A DNA stretch of 64,000 bases from Candidatus Eubacterium faecavium (GTDB taxonomy: Bacteria; Bacillota; Clostridia; Oscillospirales; Acutalibacteraceae): positions 2,943 to 66,942 of the forward strand of contig DXCE01000064.1 of the NCBI GenBank assembly GCA_019116165.1, given 5' to 3'. Position numbers and translations under genes: made by a program. Positions within the stretch are counted from its first letter, which is position 1. Each line of letters starts with the position of its first letter. Positions 63,167-64,000 of this stretch are shown here, piece after piece. Below the pieces are notes generated by a model, which saw only the letters and a program-made list of their open reading frames with translations, did not search any database and had not been told where the DNA came from.

Positions 63167-64000
63167 ATGGAAAGAGAATTTATAAAAACAGACGTTGTTA
63201 TAGTCGGAAGCGGCGTTGCAGGGCTGTTTGCGGCACTGTGTCTGCCCGAAGATAAAAAGGTGCTTGTAATCACCAAGGAAAATCTTAAAGAATGCGATTC
63301 TTACCTTGCGCAGGGCGGAGTATGCGTTTTAAAAAGCATTGAAGATTTTGACTGCTATTTTGAGGACACAATGAAAGCAGGGCATTACGAGAATGATCCC
63401 GAAAGCGTCAGGGTTATGATAGAGTCTTCGCCGGAGATCATAAACACTCTGATCGATCTCGGAGTGAATTTTGACACGGACAGCGACGGTTCGTTTGACT
63501 ACACGCGCGAAGGAGCGCACAGACGCAACAGAATCCTGCATCACAAAGACGAAACAGGGAAAGAAATAACCGCCACGCTGCTCTCTATCGCCAAAAAGCG
63601 TAAAAACATCACATTTGTTGCGCAGACCACAATGATTGATTTGATAGAAAAGGAAAACACCTGTTACGGAATCGTCTGCGAGGATGAATTCGGAGAGCGC
63701 GGCGCGATACTGGCAAGGGATATCATACTTGCTACGGGCGGTATCGGCGGTCTTTTCAAAAATTCCACAAACTTTTCCCACATTACAGGAGATGCTTTCG
63801 CACTTGCTCTGAAACACGGTATAGAGCTGAAAGACATTAATTACATACAGATCCACCCCACCACACTTTACAGTAAAAAAAGCGGCAGACGCTTTTTGAT
63901 AAGCGAGAGCGTTCGCGGTGAGGGCGCAGTTCTTTTGAATGAAAACGGCGAAAGATTTACCGATGAATTGCAGCCGAGGGATGTCGTTACGGAAGCGATA
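63167..64000 (+). CDS. nadB: L-aspartate oxidase, 5' part (runs off the window end)
   Basis: Frame open from the ATG at 63167 to the window end (278 codons), which explains its absence from the ORF track. DVVIVGSGVAGL FAD motif, YLAQGGV, and HPT...LISE..RGEGA.L. Confidence 0.9.
   Translation, partial: MEREFIKTDVVIVGSGVAGLFAALCLPEDKKVLVITKENLKECDSYLAQGGVCVLKSIEDFDCYFEDTMKAGHYENDPESVRVMIESSPEIINTLIDLGVNFDTDSDGSFDYTREGAHRRNRILHHKDETGKEITATLLSIAKKRKNITFVAQTTMIDLIEKENTCYGIVCEDEFGERGAILARDIILATGGIGGLFKNSTNFSHITGDAFALALKHGIELKDINYIQIHPTTLYSKKSGRRFLISESVRGEGAVLLNENGERFTDELQPRDVVTEAI

Noticed and set aside
63329-63856. 175-aa minus-strand ORF, the only ORF-track entry in this region
   Set aside because: It is antisense to nadB. 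nadB is missing from the track only because its frame stays open to the window end. The plus frame has clear FAD-binding and L-aspartate-oxidase motifs.
1-64000. Window-wide look for CRISPR arrays, IS elements, integrases, phage structural genes and rRNA
   Set aside because: None found by eye. The only RNA gene is tRNA-Val. The only candidates for acquired DNA are the two small AT-rich islets reported under findings.

Overview
This 64-kb chromosomal window looks like an anaerobic Firmicute of the Clostridia type. That placement is an inference only, based on a CIRCE-controlled hrcA-grpE-dnaK-dnaJ operon, a PerR/reverse-rubrerythrin module, GGAGG-type Shine-Dalgarno sites and many rho-independent terminators. 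I call about 57 protein genes and one tRNA-Val(UAC). I saw no rRNA, CRISPR array, transposase, integrase or prophage genes. The backbone is housekeeping: xth, murA, rlmH, aroE/aroK, acpP, glpK, malic enzyme, typA, hemW, ugd, the heat-shock operon and a partial nadB at the right edge. The more unusual content is as follows. (1) A tightly coupled 9-gene operon (7223-14881) carries dat and alr. It also interleaves the two halves of a D-glutamate-cyclase-like enzyme (DUF4392, DUF1445) with 5-oxoprolinase genes pxpB, pxpC and pxpA. (2) An AT-rich two-gene islet (17392-18515) sits between two terminators and encodes an FRG-domain protein plus an unlisted 49-aa ORF. This is my best candidate for an uncharacterised accessory or conflict module. 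(3) Two ABC exporter operons are each preceded by a mini-ORF with a Shine-Dalgarno site, next to strong hairpin or terminator structures (15011-15168 and 37496-37652). These are candidate ribosome-dependent attenuators. (4) Two perfect WalR-type direct-repeat boxes (TGTWAH-N5-TGTWAH) lie upstream of a secreted CHAP peptidase gene. (5) A detoxification-type module pairs an intramembrane-sensing histidine kinase and an OmpR-type regulator with an ABC transporter that has an unusually large tandem-FtsX permease. (6) An AT-rich islet next to the tRNA holds a SUKH/SMI1 immunity-like gene and short fragment ORFs. All functional calls come from motif recognition by eye. No database search was run.
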